Assembly (NCBI RefSeq): GCF_006345805.1
Contig: NC_043001.1
Coordinates: 42,780,001-42,844,000 of the forward strand
Direction: 5' to 3'
DNA length: 64,000 nt
DNA from: Octopus sinensis
Lineage: Eukaryota
In this document: piece after piece, positions 62,637 to 64,000 of the stretch
Layout: each line of letters begins with the position of its first letter
Position numbering within the stretch: the stretch's first letter is position 1
Notes under the pieces: model-generated
What the model saw: the letters and a program-made list of their open reading frames with translations, nothing else
Told to the model about the DNA's origin: nothing
Database searches by the model: none
Position numbers and translations under genes: made by a program

Positions 62637-62917
62637 ATAATAATAATAATGAAATTATTGTATACAGTGCTCAGGTGCACCACAACTTGTCAAAAGTGCA
62701 TATAAAGTATATGCAGTAATGTACAAATGTCTAGAAAGTGAACGAGTCAGATACATGCTTGCATGTGTATGGAGGGGAGAAAATCAGGTGTAGTGTTGGC
62801 GAATCTCAGGAAGCATGGAAGTTTTGAAGGATGCAGTGCTCCGACAACTAACAACTGATGCTGGCTGTTTGTTCCATGCTTCAGCAACTCTCAGCGTGAA
62901 AAAATGGCAGCAGTACC
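62637..62917 (-). mobile_element. CR1/L2-type LINE 3' end
   Basis: Minus strand FFTLRVAEAWNKQPASVVSC...SFKTSM followed by a 3' UTR and (ATT)n tail. Confidence 0.75.
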
Positions 62918-63601
62918 TGATAAACCCTACCATCACCCTTTCTGTATTGTCAGTTATCACTCCCTCTTCTCAAAGCCACTTCTTATTGACATACATTGCT
63001 TATTCTTCCCATTGTCTATTTCTATTACTATTCATCACTCTCTCCTCCTCTACCACTCCCTGAATATTTTGTCAAAAGTGTGATAAATGTTTGCCATATT
63101 TAAACTATGCAGGGTTACATATGAGTTCAGTATTAATGTACTCTTCAACAGGTTAAGATGTAATCCTGTTTACATGAACAGACACACATATGCATATGTA
63201 CATGCATATACACTTTCATGCAAACATGTAGATATGGTTACAATATTGAGTCCAATTCTCTTACATTTTAACTAAGAATGTGTTGTGAAGTGTCAGTAAA
63301 AATGACATAGATAAAATCATAAGCAATATTTCAAGCTTGACAAGTGATAAAGAGTAACTAGACTTTATTGAACAATTGCAGTACAATTTTTTTAAGAATG
63401 CTCTCCGGGTGATAAACATATCAACATATTTTAGAGGAATAGGTATGGTCCTTTCAGGAAAGGAACATGTTTTTTAAAAGTGAAATATTAAATACCAATG
63501 AAATTTTTGTTTTATTATAAATTTGACTTATTACAATTAGCAATCTTTAGTAAAAACCAAAACTTAAAAAATATTTAGATTGAGGCTAATGGTATTCCAA
63601 T

Positions 63602-63798
63602 TTAGGGTTCAAGGATAGCTTTAACACATTTTCCACTGAAGATAGTCTTGAATGCTTCTTCAAATTCTCTCATTGGAAACTTATGTGTAACCAGTGGCTT
63701 AACATCAACTTGACCACTAAACACCAACATTTCACAGCATTCCCAAGTATGGAATATACGTCTACCATGTACTGTTTTTAGAGTCAAAGATTTAAAAA
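63602..63798 (-). CDS. Last exon of a Zn-dependent medium-chain dehydrogenase, L-threonine 3-dehydrogenase (bacterial Tdh)-like; the rest of the gene lies beyond the window
   Basis: ttttcag|TT FKSLTLKTVHGRRIFHTWECCEMLVFSGQVDVKPLVTHKFPMREFEEAFKTIFSGKCVKAILEP TAA. MDR C-terminal pattern (..PLVTH.F...F.EAF....SG...K.IL.P). Confidence 0.82.
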
Positions 63799-63968
63799 CT
63801 GAAAATGAAAATTTAGAAAAAGCTAATTTTATTTATAATATTTGCAAATTCAAATTGTAATAAAAATAATTATTTAAATAAAAAAAATACAATACAAAAT
63901 TGGTAAAGTGTTAAGTGTCCATAGCCTTGCAGATTCACTCTCAAATACTGGTGAGATTGATGCCATTT

Positions 63969-64000
63969 CATCATCATCATCATCATCATCGTTTAACGTC
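63969..64000 (-). mobile_element. Tail of another RTE-type copy, cut by the window edge
   Basis: (cat)n cgtttaacgtc. Confidence 0.7.

Noticed and set aside
63602-63798. Calling the last gene SORD, or bacterial contamination
   Set aside because: It lacks the SORD G(V/I)FRY motif. The acceptor site and surrounding host repeats argue against contamination. No symbol is given because only one exon is visible.

Overview
AT-rich, repeat-dense animal genomic DNA. The repeat families (tRNA-derived SINEs, RTE LINE tails ending in (GAT)n, TTAA MITEs) resemble those I know from octopus, so the species is inferred rather than proven. I reconstructed two complete spliced genes by hand with consistent splice phases, arranged head-to-head: TOMM40 (minus strand, 7 coding exons, 337 aa, 15119->4460) and ZPR1 (plus strand, 14 coding exons, 441 aa, 29675->53141). 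The last exon of a third gene (63602-63798, minus) encodes the C-terminus of a zinc-dependent MDR dehydrogenase most like bacterial L-threonine 3-dehydrogenase. ZPR1 only splices correctly using two minor-spliceosome (U12) introns, one AT-AC and one GT-AG. The rest is a nested transposon landscape: RTE LINEs carrying a PHD-like finger inside the RT, DD34E, DD34D and DD41D Tc1/mariner elements, piggyBac derivatives, a Merlin-like MITE, a solo LTR, CR1 and Gypsy remnants, and SINEs. The most notable inference is that TOMM40 and ZPR1, neighbours here, flank paralogous apolipoprotein clusters on different human chromosomes. No CRISPR, rRNA or genuine tRNA genes were found. Most entries in the ORF track are transposon fragments or spurious.
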